Assembly (NCBI GenBank): GCA_963664115.2
Contig: CAXWPJ010000012.1
Coordinates: 128,001 to 192,000 of the forward strand
Source of the DNA: Terriglobia bacterium
GTDB taxonomy: Bacteria > Acidobacteriota > Terriglobia > 20CM-2-55-15
Direction: 5' to 3'
DNA length: 64,000 nucleotides
Of this stretch, positions 1 to 10,050 are shown piece by piece. Position numbers and translations under genes: made by a program. The notes beneath the pieces were generated by a model. It was not told where the DNA came from and searched no databases. It was given only the letters and a program-made list of their open reading frames with translations. The stretch's first letter is position 1. The number at the start of each line of letters is the position of its first letter.

Positions 1-213
1 ACCAACGATCAACCCGGCATAGAAAACCAGTCCTTGGCGGGTGATCCCCCCGCTCAGGCTGTCGATGCCGTATCGAATGACCCAGGGATTGGCCAGAGCC
101 AGGCCGGAGGTCGCAACGACGCAGACCAGGCCCGCGAACATCCGGGCCTTATATCTTTTGAGATAAACGATTAACCGGGCTAAAGTACTAGTTTGAGGCG
201 TCTCAGGGGGCAT
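1..213 (-). CDS. ABC transporter permease/ATP-binding protein, N-terminal part (runs off window start)
   Basis: Manual translation from ATG at 213: MPPETPQTSTLARLIVYLKRYKARMFAGLVCVVATSGLALANPWVIRYGIDSL..., typical of the first TM helix of ABC exporters. Confidence 0.6.
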   Translation of the reverse strand, partial: MPPETPQTSTLARLIVYLKRYKARMFAGLVCVVATSGLALANPWVIRYGIDSLSGGITRQGLVFYAGLIVG

Positions 214-348
214 CGGACTACTATTCTACATTTATTGCAGCGCGCTTTTAAACCCAGGCACCGCGGGGAGAGTCCAATAGTACTAGAGGCGTTTCTCGAA
301 CAGGTTCGAGAGGCGGAACGGCCGTTCTACCAGTAACTTCGGAACATC

Positions 349-975
349 ATGGGTCACACCGCGACTACCATCATGCCGGTTGCGACGAAGGTCACACAGG
401 CCGCACAGGACAGAGATGAGGACAAAGACCTTGTCTCGCGATACCTCGCCGGGAACATGGTTGCTTTCGACGAATTGATGACCCGCCACCAGCGGGCGGT
501 CTACAGGCTATGCTTCCGGTTTGTGCAAACTCGCGAAGACGCGATGGATCTGACCCAGGAAGTCTTCATCAAGGCCTTCGAAAACCTTTCAGCGTTTCGC
601 GGGGATGCCCGCTTCAAGACATGGCTGTATAGAGTGGCCGTCAACCACTGCCTGAACCATGTAAAGAAGAATTCCCGGGAGTTCGTCGAAGTCGACGAAA
701 GCATAGGGAGCGTCAAGCCGCACTTCCATAACAGACTCCTCGAAAAAGAACGGCGAGCGATCGTAAAAGAGCTCATGGTGAACCTCCCACCCAAGCAGAA
801 AGCGATTCTCGAACTGCGCATGAACGACAATCTGAGCTACGAGGAAATTGCGGGCATACTGGGACGCTCGGTGTCGACGATCAAATCCAGCGTTTTCTTT
901 GCATTGACGAAACTCAAAAAAATGGTCCAGCAACAGTCAAACACGGGCACCATAAAATCGAATAACGCCGGATGA
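349..975 (+). CDS. ECF RNA polymerase sigma-70 factor
   Basis: Region 2 motif DAMDLTQEVFIKAF...FKTWLYRVAVNHCLN; region 4 LSYEEIAGILGRSVSTIKS. Confidence 0.92.
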   Translation: MGHTATTIMPVATKVTQAAQDRDEDKDLVSRYLAGNMVAFDELMTRHQRAVYRLCFRFVQTREDAMDLTQEVFIKAFENLSAFRGDARFKTWLYRVAVNHCLNHVKKNSREFVEVDESIGSVKPHFHNRLLEKERRAIVKELMVNLPPKQKAILELRMNDNLSYEEIAGILGRSVSTIKSSVFFALTKLKKMVQQQSNTGTIKSNNAG

Positions 976-1631
976 CGTCGGGTCACACAATGTTAAAGTT
1001 CTTTGGAAAGTTCAGGCATCTAAGAGCAGAAGAGTTCATCGACCTTCTGGATGGGCTCGGCCTTGGGACCGAGCGTGGGGCTCATCTCGAGCGGTGTTCC
1101 GACTGCCGGACAACGCTGGCCGCTATCACCGAGTTGCGTCAGGACATTTCGAACGTCGAATTAATTGACGCTGAAGCTGCAGATGCCGCGGTTGCGAATG
1201 CGGATTGGCTTGAACTCGGTTCCTCAGTCAGGGACAGTCTGCTTTCACGCTCAGTAAAGCGTTCTTCGATTCTACAGCGATGGACCGGTTGGACGCCGGC
1301 ACCTGCCCCGTCCTGGAGCGTGGCGCTCATGATCCTTGTTTCAGCAATGACCGCGGCTGGTCTGTGGCACTACCAGACCGTACATCTGACAAATGAAACA
1401 ACGGGCAGTTCACTGACCGAAGGCATAGAATTATCTTTACCGGATTCCGGATTTGAGTTCGAGCTGTTTGCGGAGGATTCTGAAGCCGTCGAGGCAGAAG
1501 CTCTCGCCTGGTCTCAAACCGAAATATTCACAACCCTGAACGAACTCGAAGTGGGTGAAGAGGAAGTGCTCCGCGAATTAATCGCCTTGGCTGTTGCCGA
1601 AGATTCGATCTTCGAGCCCTCAGTGCAATAA
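972..1631 (+). CDS. Putative anti-sigma factor (zinc-binding HxxxCxxC, one TM segment)
   Basis: HLERCSDC motif, hydrophobic segment, overlaps sigma stop codon (ATGA). Confidence 0.7.
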   Translation: MTSGHTMLKFFGKFRHLRAEEFIDLLDGLGLGTERGAHLERCSDCRTTLAAITELRQDISNVELIDAEAADAAVANADWLELGSSVRDSLLSRSVKRSSILQRWTGWTPAPAPSWSVALMILVSAMTAAGLWHYQTVHLTNETTGSSLTEGIELSLPDSGFEFELFAEDSEAVEAEALAWSQTEIFTTLNELEVGEEEVLRELIALAVAEDSIFEPSVQ

Positions 1632-1647
1632 TGGAAGCAGTGCAGCA

Positions 1648-2205
1648 ATGAAAGCTAGATTCGCCACAATCATAATTCTGATGCTGCTGGCAACGGGTGT
1701 GTCGGGGGAACCCCTGCTCCGACAGGGCCCGCGTGAGATTGGCCGTGAGATTGGCAAGATCCGACCCCAGAGACCGGGACCGAGGCGAAACCTGCGCGCC
1801 CCCGATGTCAGCACGATCCAGGAAATGGTCGAGGGTTTCTATGTCAGCCGTTTTCAACAGGAATTGGATTTGGACGACGAACAGTTTGCACATGTTCTTC
1901 CGATGCTGCGAGACTCGCTGAGGGAAAGAAACGAACTGGGACAGAGGCGGGTACGAACTCGCAATCAGTTGCGGCAAGCAATGCAGGACAACGCCTCTGA
2001 CGACGAAATAAACCGGCGGATCTCGGAACTTGACGCAAGCGATCGCGCGCTGTGGGAAGCCCAGGCAAACCTGCTGCGTTTGGTTGACCCCGACCTGTCT
2101 CCGGGCCAGAGGGCACGGCTGCGCTTCGTCCAACCTAATCTTGAAGAACGCATTCGAAACATGATCGAGCGTTCCCGCGCTCGGCCTACCCAGCCACAAC
2201 GATAG
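1648..2205 (+). CDS. Periplasmic Spy/CpxP-like helical protein
   Basis: Signal peptide, LDLDDEQ and LSPGQRA (LTxxQ-like) motifs, third gene of an ECF operon. Confidence 0.6.
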   Translation: MKARFATIIILMLLATGVSGEPLLRQGPREIGREIGKIRPQRPGPRRNLRAPDVSTIQEMVEGFYVSRFQQELDLDDEQFAHVLPMLRDSLRERNELGQRRVRTRNQLRQAMQDNASDDEINRRISELDASDRALWEAQANLLRLVDPDLSPGQRARLRFVQPNLEERIRNMIERSRARPTQPQR

Positions 2206-2345
2206 ACCGCGGCGACATCATCAAGAGAGGCATTGCAGAAACTGCGATGCCCGGAAGCAACGACTCGGAATTGGGGCCGGGAAACATCCTCGCGACCAAT
2301 AACGCGGTATTCAACCGAGCACTACCCGAACGGTTTTTTTCCAGT

Positions 2346-4676
2346 TCAGAACCGTAATTTCGTCTGAACCGTAAACTGGCGACCGGGACCCAGGGCAGTC
2401 CCTGAAAACACGCCGCTGAAATTGATCACGTTGAGGTGGTCCGTTGCGTTTCGAAGGTCGAACTGCATCGTTACGGACCGGCCCTGGTCGCTCCACAGCC
2501 CAAGGCCAACAGACAGGTCAAGGCTGAAGACTGACCGCAGACGGCTCCGCTCAAAATTTACGCGCTCAATGATTTCGGGTGGGATCGCCTCGGGGTTGTC
2601 ATCGCCGGCATCGTCATAATCGTCCTCGAACTCGACTGGCAGCCCGCTACCGTAGTGGATTCCGCTCGCGAACCAGACCCGCGCGTCCGGCTGCAGGCGG
2701 ACCAGGGCCGACAGTGTGTTGCGTTGATCCTGGCTGATTGAAAAACGCTCTCCGGGTGCCCGCAGTTCGTCTGCCCCGGAGCCTTCGATGAACAACCCCC
2801 CCGTAACCGGAGTTGTCGCATATCCAATCATATTCGAGTAACTGAGGGAGGAAGAAAGCCAGCCCCAGCCGGGAAGATCGATCCGAACCTCGGTCCCGGT
2901 GATCCGCGCGGTGTCGAAACTGATTGGGAACGACAAACCCGTGTTCAGGAAGACATCGTCGTCCATGTAGTTGCGGAATGTCCGCCAGTAGTGACTCACG
3001 TCCAGCCGGAACGTGTCGAGGAAAGGCTTGCTCAGACCAAGTTCAAAAAAATTACCGCGCGAGGCAGGAAGAGGGATGGATTTTTCGACCTCATCCACAC
3101 CCAGATCTGCGGCCCCACTGCTGAGCAAGAGGTTCTCTGCAGGCGGCGGCTGGAAAACACGGTCATATGCCGCTCGGAGTTGGAGATTTGCCGCTGGAAT
3201 CCAGTAGCTCAAAGCGATCCGTGGGCTGAGGGCGTCGGCTTCGATCAGAAAGTCGTAGTGGTCATAGCGGAGCCCGATATTTGCAGCAAAATTGCCCAGG
3301 CGAATGTGATCCTGAACGAAAAACGAAACCTCGTTGCTCTGCCTTTCGTCGCGAAAGTCCAGGTCGACGCCGGGATAGGCATCGGTTTCAGCAAAGCGAA
3401 ACATCTCGCGCACGCCGCTGACTCGAAGGTCGCCACCTAACTTCAGCGTATGGCGCTCGCCCTCAACGCTAAGGTCTGCGACCAATACCGACTCGCGGAA
3501 GCCCCGGTCCTGTTCAACCCGCACCGGTGTCGATTGGGGATTGCTCCAGAGTTCGGCTGTCAGATCGCGATGCATGAATCGAACTCCCCCCAGGATCTTT
3601 GCCGAAAGGATGCGCTGGTAGTGCACCTGCATTGAGGTCTCGCCTGAAAACCTGTCCTGCCGCTGTCCCCGGTCCTGTTGCACCAGGTCGTTGGGCACGA
3701 GAAACCGGCTTTCATCAGTCCGCACAGAGAACGCAATTCGATCCTGGCTGGTCAAATCATGGTCCAAGCGGAAGTTGATGCCCGCCGCCGTAGCTTTATT
3801 GGTGAAATTTTCGAGGGATGGTGGATCCAGGTAACGCGCTGTGTAACCGGCGTGGCTACCCAGAGAAATCGAGGTGGCTCCAGTCCGGAACTGGTACCGA
3901 ATGGATCCAGACCGGTTGTCGAAACTGCCGATTCGGGAATTGAACTCCACGCCGTGCCCGGGCGTGGCAACCCTGCGCGTGTCGAGAGCAATGACACCAC
4001 CGAGACGGCGACCGTATTCGGCGGGAATACCACTGGTCATCACGTTGACGGTTTCAATGTCAGCGATCTCGAATGCCGGAGCAAAACCGATTGAACGATT
4101 GTCGTACACCGGCATCCCGTCAACGACGTACTGGGTGTCGTACTCCGATCCCCTGGGATGCAGAACACCGTTGGCCTCCAGCAACCAACCGGGCAAGGTA
4201 GTCACAACATCCACCCCACTGCGGCCGAGTGTATTGCCCGCGATATCATCCAATTGCGTCCGGCCGATCCGCATCACCGGGGCGGGCTGCATCACGTCCA
4301 ACAAAGGCACAGAGTCGCTCACGGTGATCGCCGTCGTCGTCCCCGCCACTTCGAGCGTGATCGCAATATCGCGCGGCACCGGGGAACGGACTTCAACAGT
4401 GGTGCTGAACTCGGCAAATCCGCTCTGACGAACGGTGAGGCGGTATGCGCCTGGAGGCACCCGCAGCAACCGCGCCCGGCCCTCCAAGTCAGTCCGGGCC
4501 TGGGCTTCAAACAGTGGGCTCCGGCCCGTCAACTCGACTGCAGCGAGGGCGATCCCCAGTCCGTCCGAATCGCGGACCGCAATCCGCAGTTCGCCCTCCG
4601 TGACCTGGGCCACAGCAACGCTGGAACAGAACAGAATGAGTGAGAGGAGTTGGAGCCTAAAGCCAAATTCTTTCAT
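2346..4676 (-). CDS. TonB-dependent receptor with N-terminal carboxypeptidase-regulatory-like domain
   Basis: Signal peptide from MKEFGF, plug motif GIPAEYG, C-terminal Phe (TKLRF). Confidence 0.85.
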   Translation of the reverse strand: MKEFGFRLQLLSLILFCSSVAVAQVTEGELRIAVRDSDGLGIALAAVELTGRSPLFEAQARTDLEGRARLLRVPPGAYRLTVRQSGFAEFSTTVEVRSPVPRDIAITLEVAGTTTAITVSDSVPLLDVMQPAPVMRIGRTQLDDIAGNTLGRSGVDVVTTLPGWLLEANGVLHPRGSEYDTQYVVDGMPVYDNRSIGFAPAFEIADIETVNVMTSGIPAEYGRRLGGVIALDTRRVATPGHGVEFNSRIGSFDNRSGSIRYQFRTGATSISLGSHAGYTARYLDPPSLENFTNKATAAGINFRLDHDLTSQDRIAFSVRTDESRFLVPNDLVQQDRGQRQDRFSGETSMQVHYQRILSAKILGGVRFMHRDLTAELWSNPQSTPVRVEQDRGFRESVLVADLSVEGERHTLKLGGDLRVSGVREMFRFAETDAYPGVDLDFRDERQSNEVSFFVQDHIRLGNFAANIGLRYDHYDFLIEADALSPRIALSYWIPAANLQLRAAYDRVFQPPPAENLLLSSGAADLGVDEVEKSIPLPASRGNFFELGLSKPFLDTFRLDVSHYWRTFRNYMDDDVFLNTGLSFPISFDTARITGTEVRIDLPGWGWLSSSLSYSNMIGYATTPVTGGLFIEGSGADELRAPGERFSISQDQRNTLSALVRLQPDARVWFASGIHYGSGLPVEFEDDYDDAGDDNPEAIPPEIIERVNFERSRLRSVFSLDLSVGLGLWSDQGRSVTMQFDLRNATDHLNVINFSGVFSGTALGPGRQFTVQTKLRF

Positions 4677-5105
4677 CGCTGAGTGTCTTCGGTTCCTGCC
4701 GGCTATCATCAGCAGAAAGCCGCTTTCCGCTTTAAGGCTACACCAATGCTTTCCGAGAGCGAACGTCATCATTGCCCCAACCCTGTTGCTTACACTTAGA
4801 GCCTGGTGGCAGAGATGCAGTCTCGACCTGCCATCCCACTCCGGATACCTGCATCACGCTGAATGAAAACTATCGTTAGCTGAAGAAATCGGAAGGACTG
4901 CAGTTGCGCTCTATGAGCGCACGATAACCTTCTAAATCGTGCGGCCACTGACCGCACCTACCGATCAGTGTTCTTTAATCGATCCAGAACATAAGATTCT
5001 GGTGCCTCTGGTTTTTGCGGTAGTTGTGATCGGCAAAGTCTATTCCTGCAGCTCTGATCCTTAAGACAAGAACCTTGCACCTTCCGGGTGAAGTCCTGTT
5101 TCCCT

Positions 5106-6425
5106 CTATCCCGCCAAAAGAATCTGCAAATCCATCAGATTCGTCTGGGTCGGACCCGTCGTGATCAGGTCGCGCACAGACTGCAGGAAGGTGAACGAAT
5201 CGTTGTCCCGAAGAAACTTCGTCGGTTCCATATCCATCGCGATTGCGCGGGAACAGGTGTAAGGATCGACGATGCCGCCGGCTGCCGTAGTCGGCCCATC
5301 CGTGCCGTCTGTTGCCACGCTGGCGAAACAAACGGGTTTCCTCCATGACTGCATTTTCAAGGCCCACGCGAGCGCCATTTCCTGATTGCGGCCGCCGCGG
5401 CCCGCCCCTCTGACCGTTACCGTCGTCTCCCCCGCTGCGAGCACACATGCCGGGGGCGCGACCGGCTGCCCACTGGAACCTATCTCACGCGCAATGGACG
5501 CAAAGAAACGCCCGACGTCCCGCGCTTCGCCTTCGATCTCCGAGCTCAGCACCAGAGTGTTGAAACCCAATGCTCCGGCCTTGTTGGAAGCCGACCGAAG
5601 TAAAAGCCCGTTATTGGCTATGATGTGATTGCTGACGCGCTCGAAGAGCGGGTCACCCTTCTTGGGAGTTTCCGGAATCTCTCCATGGGCACCCCTCTCA
5701 AGGCGGCTCCTGACAGCAGTGGGAACCGGGATGCCATATTTTCCGACGATCTCTAAAGCATCGGCAAAGGTCGTCGTGTCCGGTGCGGTCGGACCTGAGG
5801 CGATGAAATCGAGCGGATCGCCGATCACGTCGGACATGATCAACGACACGACGCGAGCGGGAGCCGCCCAACGGAGTAACTGTCCACCTTTGATCGAGGA
5901 GAGATGTTTTCGAACTGCGTTAAGTTCGCGAATCGCAGCTCCCGCTCGAAGCAGATTGGATGTTACCTGTTGTTTTTCTCCCAGCGTGATTCCATCAGCC
6001 GGTGAAGGCAGGAGAGCCGAACCGCCACCGGAAAACAGGCACAAAACCACATCCTGCGGATTCAGGTCACGCAGGATTTCCCGCATTCCCTCCACGGCCA
6101 GTTCCCCGGATCGATCCGGTACAGGATGTCCCGCCTCGAATACCTGGATGTGATCGGTCGGCAGCCGGTGACCATATTTTGTTATCACAAGTCCAGCGGA
6201 TATGCTGTCGTTAAAAAGACGTTCGACAACCTGCGCCATGCCGGCGCCAGCCTTTCCTGCACCGATTACGACAAGACGCCCGTCGACTGCAAAGGTCTCA
6301 TCGCCGACCGCAAATCCGTCGCCGGTGACCCGGATCGCCCTCGGGATACAGACCTCCGGACGGGCGGCATCCAGGGCCGATTGCCAGATCTCCTGGGCCG
6401 CTTCACGTAACTGGGAAATCGTCAT
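5106..6425 (-). CDS. Glycerate 2-kinase / hydroxypyruvate reductase (MOFRL family)
   Basis: GAGKA, EAGHPVPD, SGGGSAL, GETTV, GGRNQE, GPTQTN motifs. Confidence 0.92.
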   Translation of the reverse strand: MTISQLREAAQEIWQSALDAARPEVCIPRAIRVTGDGFAVGDETFAVDGRLVVIGAGKAGAGMAQVVERLFNDSISAGLVITKYGHRLPTDHIQVFEAGHPVPDRSGELAVEGMREILRDLNPQDVVLCLFSGGGSALLPSPADGITLGEKQQVTSNLLRAGAAIRELNAVRKHLSSIKGGQLLRWAAPARVVSLIMSDVIGDPLDFIASGPTAPDTTTFADALEIVGKYGIPVPTAVRSRLERGAHGEIPETPKKGDPLFERVSNHIIANNGLLLRSASNKAGALGFNTLVLSSEIEGEARDVGRFFASIAREIGSSGQPVAPPACVLAAGETTVTVRGAGRGGRNQEMALAWALKMQSWRKPVCFASVATDGTDGPTTAAGGIVDPYTCSRAIAMDMEPTKFLRDNDSFTFLQSVRDLITTGPTQTNLMDLQILLAG

Positions 6426-6525
6426 ATCAGTGAATGCTTCTATCACGAGGCCGATTGATGTGGAAACGTTTCCTGCAGCCAAGGGTCTCGAACAGGTAAA
6501 CTATCATTTCTTTATAGCCGGGCTA

Positions 6526-7059
6526 ATGCATTCCAAATCACAGGACACCGTGTTGATCTCGGAGTCACAAATTTCGGAACGAATTTCCGAAATGGCACGG
6601 GACATTGCTAGCGATTACTCGGGAACTGAACTTCTGGCCGTGGTCGTCCTTCGCGGCGGCTTCATATTTGCCAGCGATTTGCTCCGCAAGATAGATTCAG
6701 CTGTGAGCGTGCGCCTGGATTTCGTTTCGGCGAGCATTTATGGCAGAGAAACGGTTTCGACCGGACAAGTGCGAATCCTTCACGATCTCCAGGATTCGGT
6801 CGAGGGCGCGAACGCACTGATCATCGACGACATTCTGGAAACTGGAGAAACATTGACCCGCATCCGGGAGCTGATTGAAGAACGCGGCGCGGCTTCGGTC
6901 CGTGTGGCCACACTTCTCCACAAGGAGGGAAAACTGAAGCGTCCGCTCACGGCCGATTACGTCGGATTTCAAGTTCCGGACGCATTCGTTGTGGGCTACG
7001 GTCTGGATTTCGCCGGACGCTATCGAAACCTTCCCGACATTAGAATTCTTGATGCATAG
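6526..7059 (+). CDS. hpt: Hypoxanthine phosphoribosyltransferase
   Basis: VLRGGFIF, PRPP-binding LIIDDILETGETL, FVVGYGLD...RNLP; ATG 6526 chosen within the longer ORF. Confidence 0.93.
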   Translation: MHSKSQDTVLISESQISERISEMARDIASDYSGTELLAVVVLRGGFIFASDLLRKIDSAVSVRLDFVSASIYGRETVSTGQVRILHDLQDSVEGANALIIDDILETGETLTRIRELIEERGAASVRVATLLHKEGKLKRPLTADYVGFQVPDAFVVGYGLDFAGRYRNLPDIRILDA

Positions 7060-7116
7060 ACCACTAAAGATCGCTCCTACGAAAGCTCCGAAAGCATTGA
7101 TGCGCTGGGCGGTGGC

Positions 7117-8874
7117 GTGAGCCAGGAACTCAGTCTGCGATTCTCCGATACCCGTTTTCTTTCAGATGTCATGGAAATCAACCATGAGATCACCGCGATC
7201 CTTGATCTGGATCCCCTGCTGAAGAAAATCGCCGAAACTACTCGAAGATTCATTCCATACCAGGTGTTTGCGATCTTGCTGGTCGATGAATCGACCGACG
7301 AACTCTACTATCGCTTCTCGATGGGCCATCCCGAAGAGGTTGTCACACATTTAAGGGTTCCGATCGGTCAGGGAATCATCGGTACGGCGGCGCGGGAAAA
7401 ACGCCCGGTGGTTGTCGACGATGTTTCAAAAGATTCCCGATACATCAACGTCGTGGCCGGAACCCAGTCGGAACTGGCGGTACCCCTCATCAGCAAAGGG
7501 CGCGTCCTGGGTGTCCTCGACATCGAAAGCCCGGAGATCGGTTACTTCAGAGATGCGCAGGTACGGATGCTCCACTTGCTCGCCAGCCAAATTGCAATCG
7601 CGATCGAAAACGCCAATCTATACGAAAGTGAGAGACGCAATCACGAGATGTTGTCCTTGCTTCACGACATCAGCCACGAGATCGCATCCACTCTCGACGT
7701 CGAACAGGTGATCAACAAGATCGCCGAAGCGGTCAAGCCCACTGTTGATTACCATATTTTTTCTGTCCTTCTCCTGAATGATGCCGACAAGGTATTGCGT
7801 CCACGCATGGTTTTCCGGCACGCGGTCGAGGCATACGAAAAATTCGATGTACCTCTCGGCCAGGGCCTGATCGGCACCGCAGCGCTCCAAAACCAGCCAA
7901 TCCGTATTGGGGATGTGAGTCACGATTCCCGCTACATCAACGTGCACAGCGAAACCGTATCTGAGATGGTCATTCCCCTGGCATACAAGGGGCGTGTCAT
8001 CGGTGCCCTCGATTTAGAGAGCACCGAGCCCGATCACTTCACCGAGTATGACGAGCGCCTCCTGATGACCTTGGCGACACGCATCGCGTCGGCTCTGGTA
8101 AACGCGGAGTTGTATGAAAAAGTCGCGGAAAACGAAAGACGGCTGGAACACGAGCTCGAGATTGCCCGGGAAATCCAGCGGCAGCTGTTACCGGAGGCAA
8201 TACCCCCGATCGGCGGGCTGGAAATGGCTGTGTCGTTTACGCCCGCCGCGCATCTGGGGGGTGATCTCTACGACCTGATCCACTTCGATGACGGACGCTT
8301 CGCTATTGCCGTCGGAGATGTTTCGGGCAAAGGAGCCCCGGCTGCGCTCTATGGCGCACTTGCCAGTGGCGTGATCCGCACACGGGCCACGCGAAAATAC
8401 CCTCCGGCTCAGATGCTGGAACTGGTCAATCAGACGCTCAAGCTGCGCCCCATTGGAACCCAATACATTGCCCTGGTCTACGCAGTGTATGAACCCGATA
8501 CAAAGCGGCTGACCTTTTCCAATTCCGGACTGCCATACCCGATATGTGCACATGGAGATGGCAGCGGCGTCGGTTTTCTGGATGTCTCGGGAATCCCTTT
8601 GGGCCTGCTTCCCGATTCGAAGTACGAAGAACGCGTCATCGAAATCCAGGAAGGAGACCTCATCGTCTTGTACACGGATGGCATTGCCGAAAGGCGTGAT
8701 CCCGAGGGCGAAGAGTTCGGACTCAAGCGGCTTTCTGAACTTGTTCTCGAGAACAGGGACAAGACACCCGATGAAGTTATCAAAGCGATGACAGATACAT
8801 TGGATCGCTACAGCGGGGGCAGTCCGGCCCATGACGATCAGACGCTGCTCGTCATGAAGATGACCGCAGATTGA
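7117..8874 (+). CDS. Two-GAF-domain SpoIIE/PP2C phosphatase (RsbU-like)
   Basis: Two GAF repeats (SELAVPL, SEMVIPL); GGDLYD, DVSGKG, YTDG, DDQT motifs. Confidence 0.9.
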   Translation: MSQELSLRFSDTRFLSDVMEINHEITAILDLDPLLKKIAETTRRFIPYQVFAILLVDESTDELYYRFSMGHPEEVVTHLRVPIGQGIIGTAAREKRPVVVDDVSKDSRYINVVAGTQSELAVPLISKGRVLGVLDIESPEIGYFRDAQVRMLHLLASQIAIAIENANLYESERRNHEMLSLLHDISHEIASTLDVEQVINKIAEAVKPTVDYHIFSVLLLNDADKVLRPRMVFRHAVEAYEKFDVPLGQGLIGTAALQNQPIRIGDVSHDSRYINVHSETVSEMVIPLAYKGRVIGALDLESTEPDHFTEYDERLLMTLATRIASALVNAELYEKVAENERRLEHELEIAREIQRQLLPEAIPPIGGLEMAVSFTPAAHLGGDLYDLIHFDDGRFAIAVGDVSGKGAPAALYGALASGVIRTRATRKYPPAQMLELVNQTLKLRPIGTQYIALVYAVYEPDTKRLTFSNSGLPYPICAHGDGSGVGFLDVSGIPLGLLPDSKYEERVIEIQEGDLIVLYTDGIAERRDPEGEEFGLKRLSELVLENRDKTPDEVIKAMTDTLDRYSGGSPAHDDQTLLVMKMTAD

Positions 8875-8877
8875 AGA

Positions 8878-9663
8878 TCACTGCTCCACACCCGCAATCA
8901 CCCGCTCCATTTCCGTATGAATGTGGCCATTGGTGGCAAGAATCTCCTTGGAATCGACGTAAAACCGTCTCCCGTTAAAATCCGTGACACGGCCACCGGC
9001 CGCCTCCAAAATTACGGTTCCCGCAGCGGTGTCCCAAGGCTGAAGATCCAATTCCCAAAAACCATCGCATCGACCCGATGCGATGTAACACAGGTCCAGC
9101 GCTGCGGATCCGGCGCGACGTACGGCTTGCGATTCGATGAGAAACGAACGAAACAGTCCCAGGGCCCGGCCCACTTTCTCACGAAACTCATATGGAAAAC
9201 CCGTCAGCAGCAATCCACCTGAAAGACTGGACACATCGGACACCGATATCGGTTCGCTGTTCAGGAAAGCGCCTCCACCACGGCTGCCGCTAAACATTTC
9301 GTCCCGCACGGGGTCGTAAACAGCACCGCACAACAATTCACCGCGGCGTTCAAAGCCGATCGAAACCGAGTACATGGGAAATTGGTGGGCGTAGTTGGTC
9401 GTACCATCGAGCGGGTCGATAATCCAACGGTCCGATGAATTTGGGGTCGAGACCGCGACCAGGCCCGACTCCTCAGCCAGAATCCCATGGTCCGGATACC
9501 GCGCACGGATTTCACGAACAATCAGTTCTTCGCTTTCGCGGTCCGCCACAGTGACGAGGTTGGCACGACCCTTGAACTCCACACGCTTGTCCCGCGACGC
9601 GTAGTACTTCAGGATCTCACCGGCCGCACGGGCCATGTCCTCGGCAAAACTTAGGAATTCCAC
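8878..9663 (-). CDS. suhB: Inositol monophosphatase family protein
   Basis: WIIDPLDGTTNYAH, GSAALDL, WDTAAG motifs. Confidence 0.9.
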   Translation of the reverse strand: MEFLSFAEDMARAAGEILKYYASRDKRVEFKGRANLVTVADRESEELIVREIRARYPDHGILAEESGLVAVSTPNSSDRWIIDPLDGTTNYAHQFPMYSVSIGFERRGELLCGAVYDPVRDEMFSGSRGGGAFLNSEPISVSDVSSLSGGLLLTGFPYEFREKVGRALGLFRSFLIESQAVRRAGSAALDLCYIASGRCDGFWELDLQPWDTAAGTVILEAAGGRVTDFNGRRFYVDSKEILATNGHIHTEMERVIAGVEQ

Positions 9664-10050
9664 TTCAAAGTCTGGCCTGTAATTCGATCCATATCAGTTC
9701 GCAAAGGTGAGACAAACATACGCTGGCGCCCCATCGGTCGTGCTCATCAAATCGGACCGTGGCTTGGACGGATCGCAGCTTGTTGGTTTGAGCCGACACC
9801 GCACAAAACTCCAGTATAAACAGCCTGCCGAGATATCGGTACAGACGCACTCAGATCTCGAGGCCACCAGCAAGGTCGGGCCCGGACCTTGGGTCCGGAA
9901 CAGGAACTTGGAGTCCACCGGCTCGAAGCTTGACATGAAACCAGCTCCAAGCGAAAATCGGGCACCCGAAACTGAATTCTCCAGGCGGCCTGCAAACGCA
10001 CAAGCAGTCGGCGGCGTGGGCAGTGTATATAGGATGAAAAACCAAATCGA

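Noticed and set aside
9694-9936. 80-aa Cys-rich ORF upstream of suhB
   Set aside because: No recognisable motif or RBS, and several competing ORFs overlap it; cannot be supported without homology
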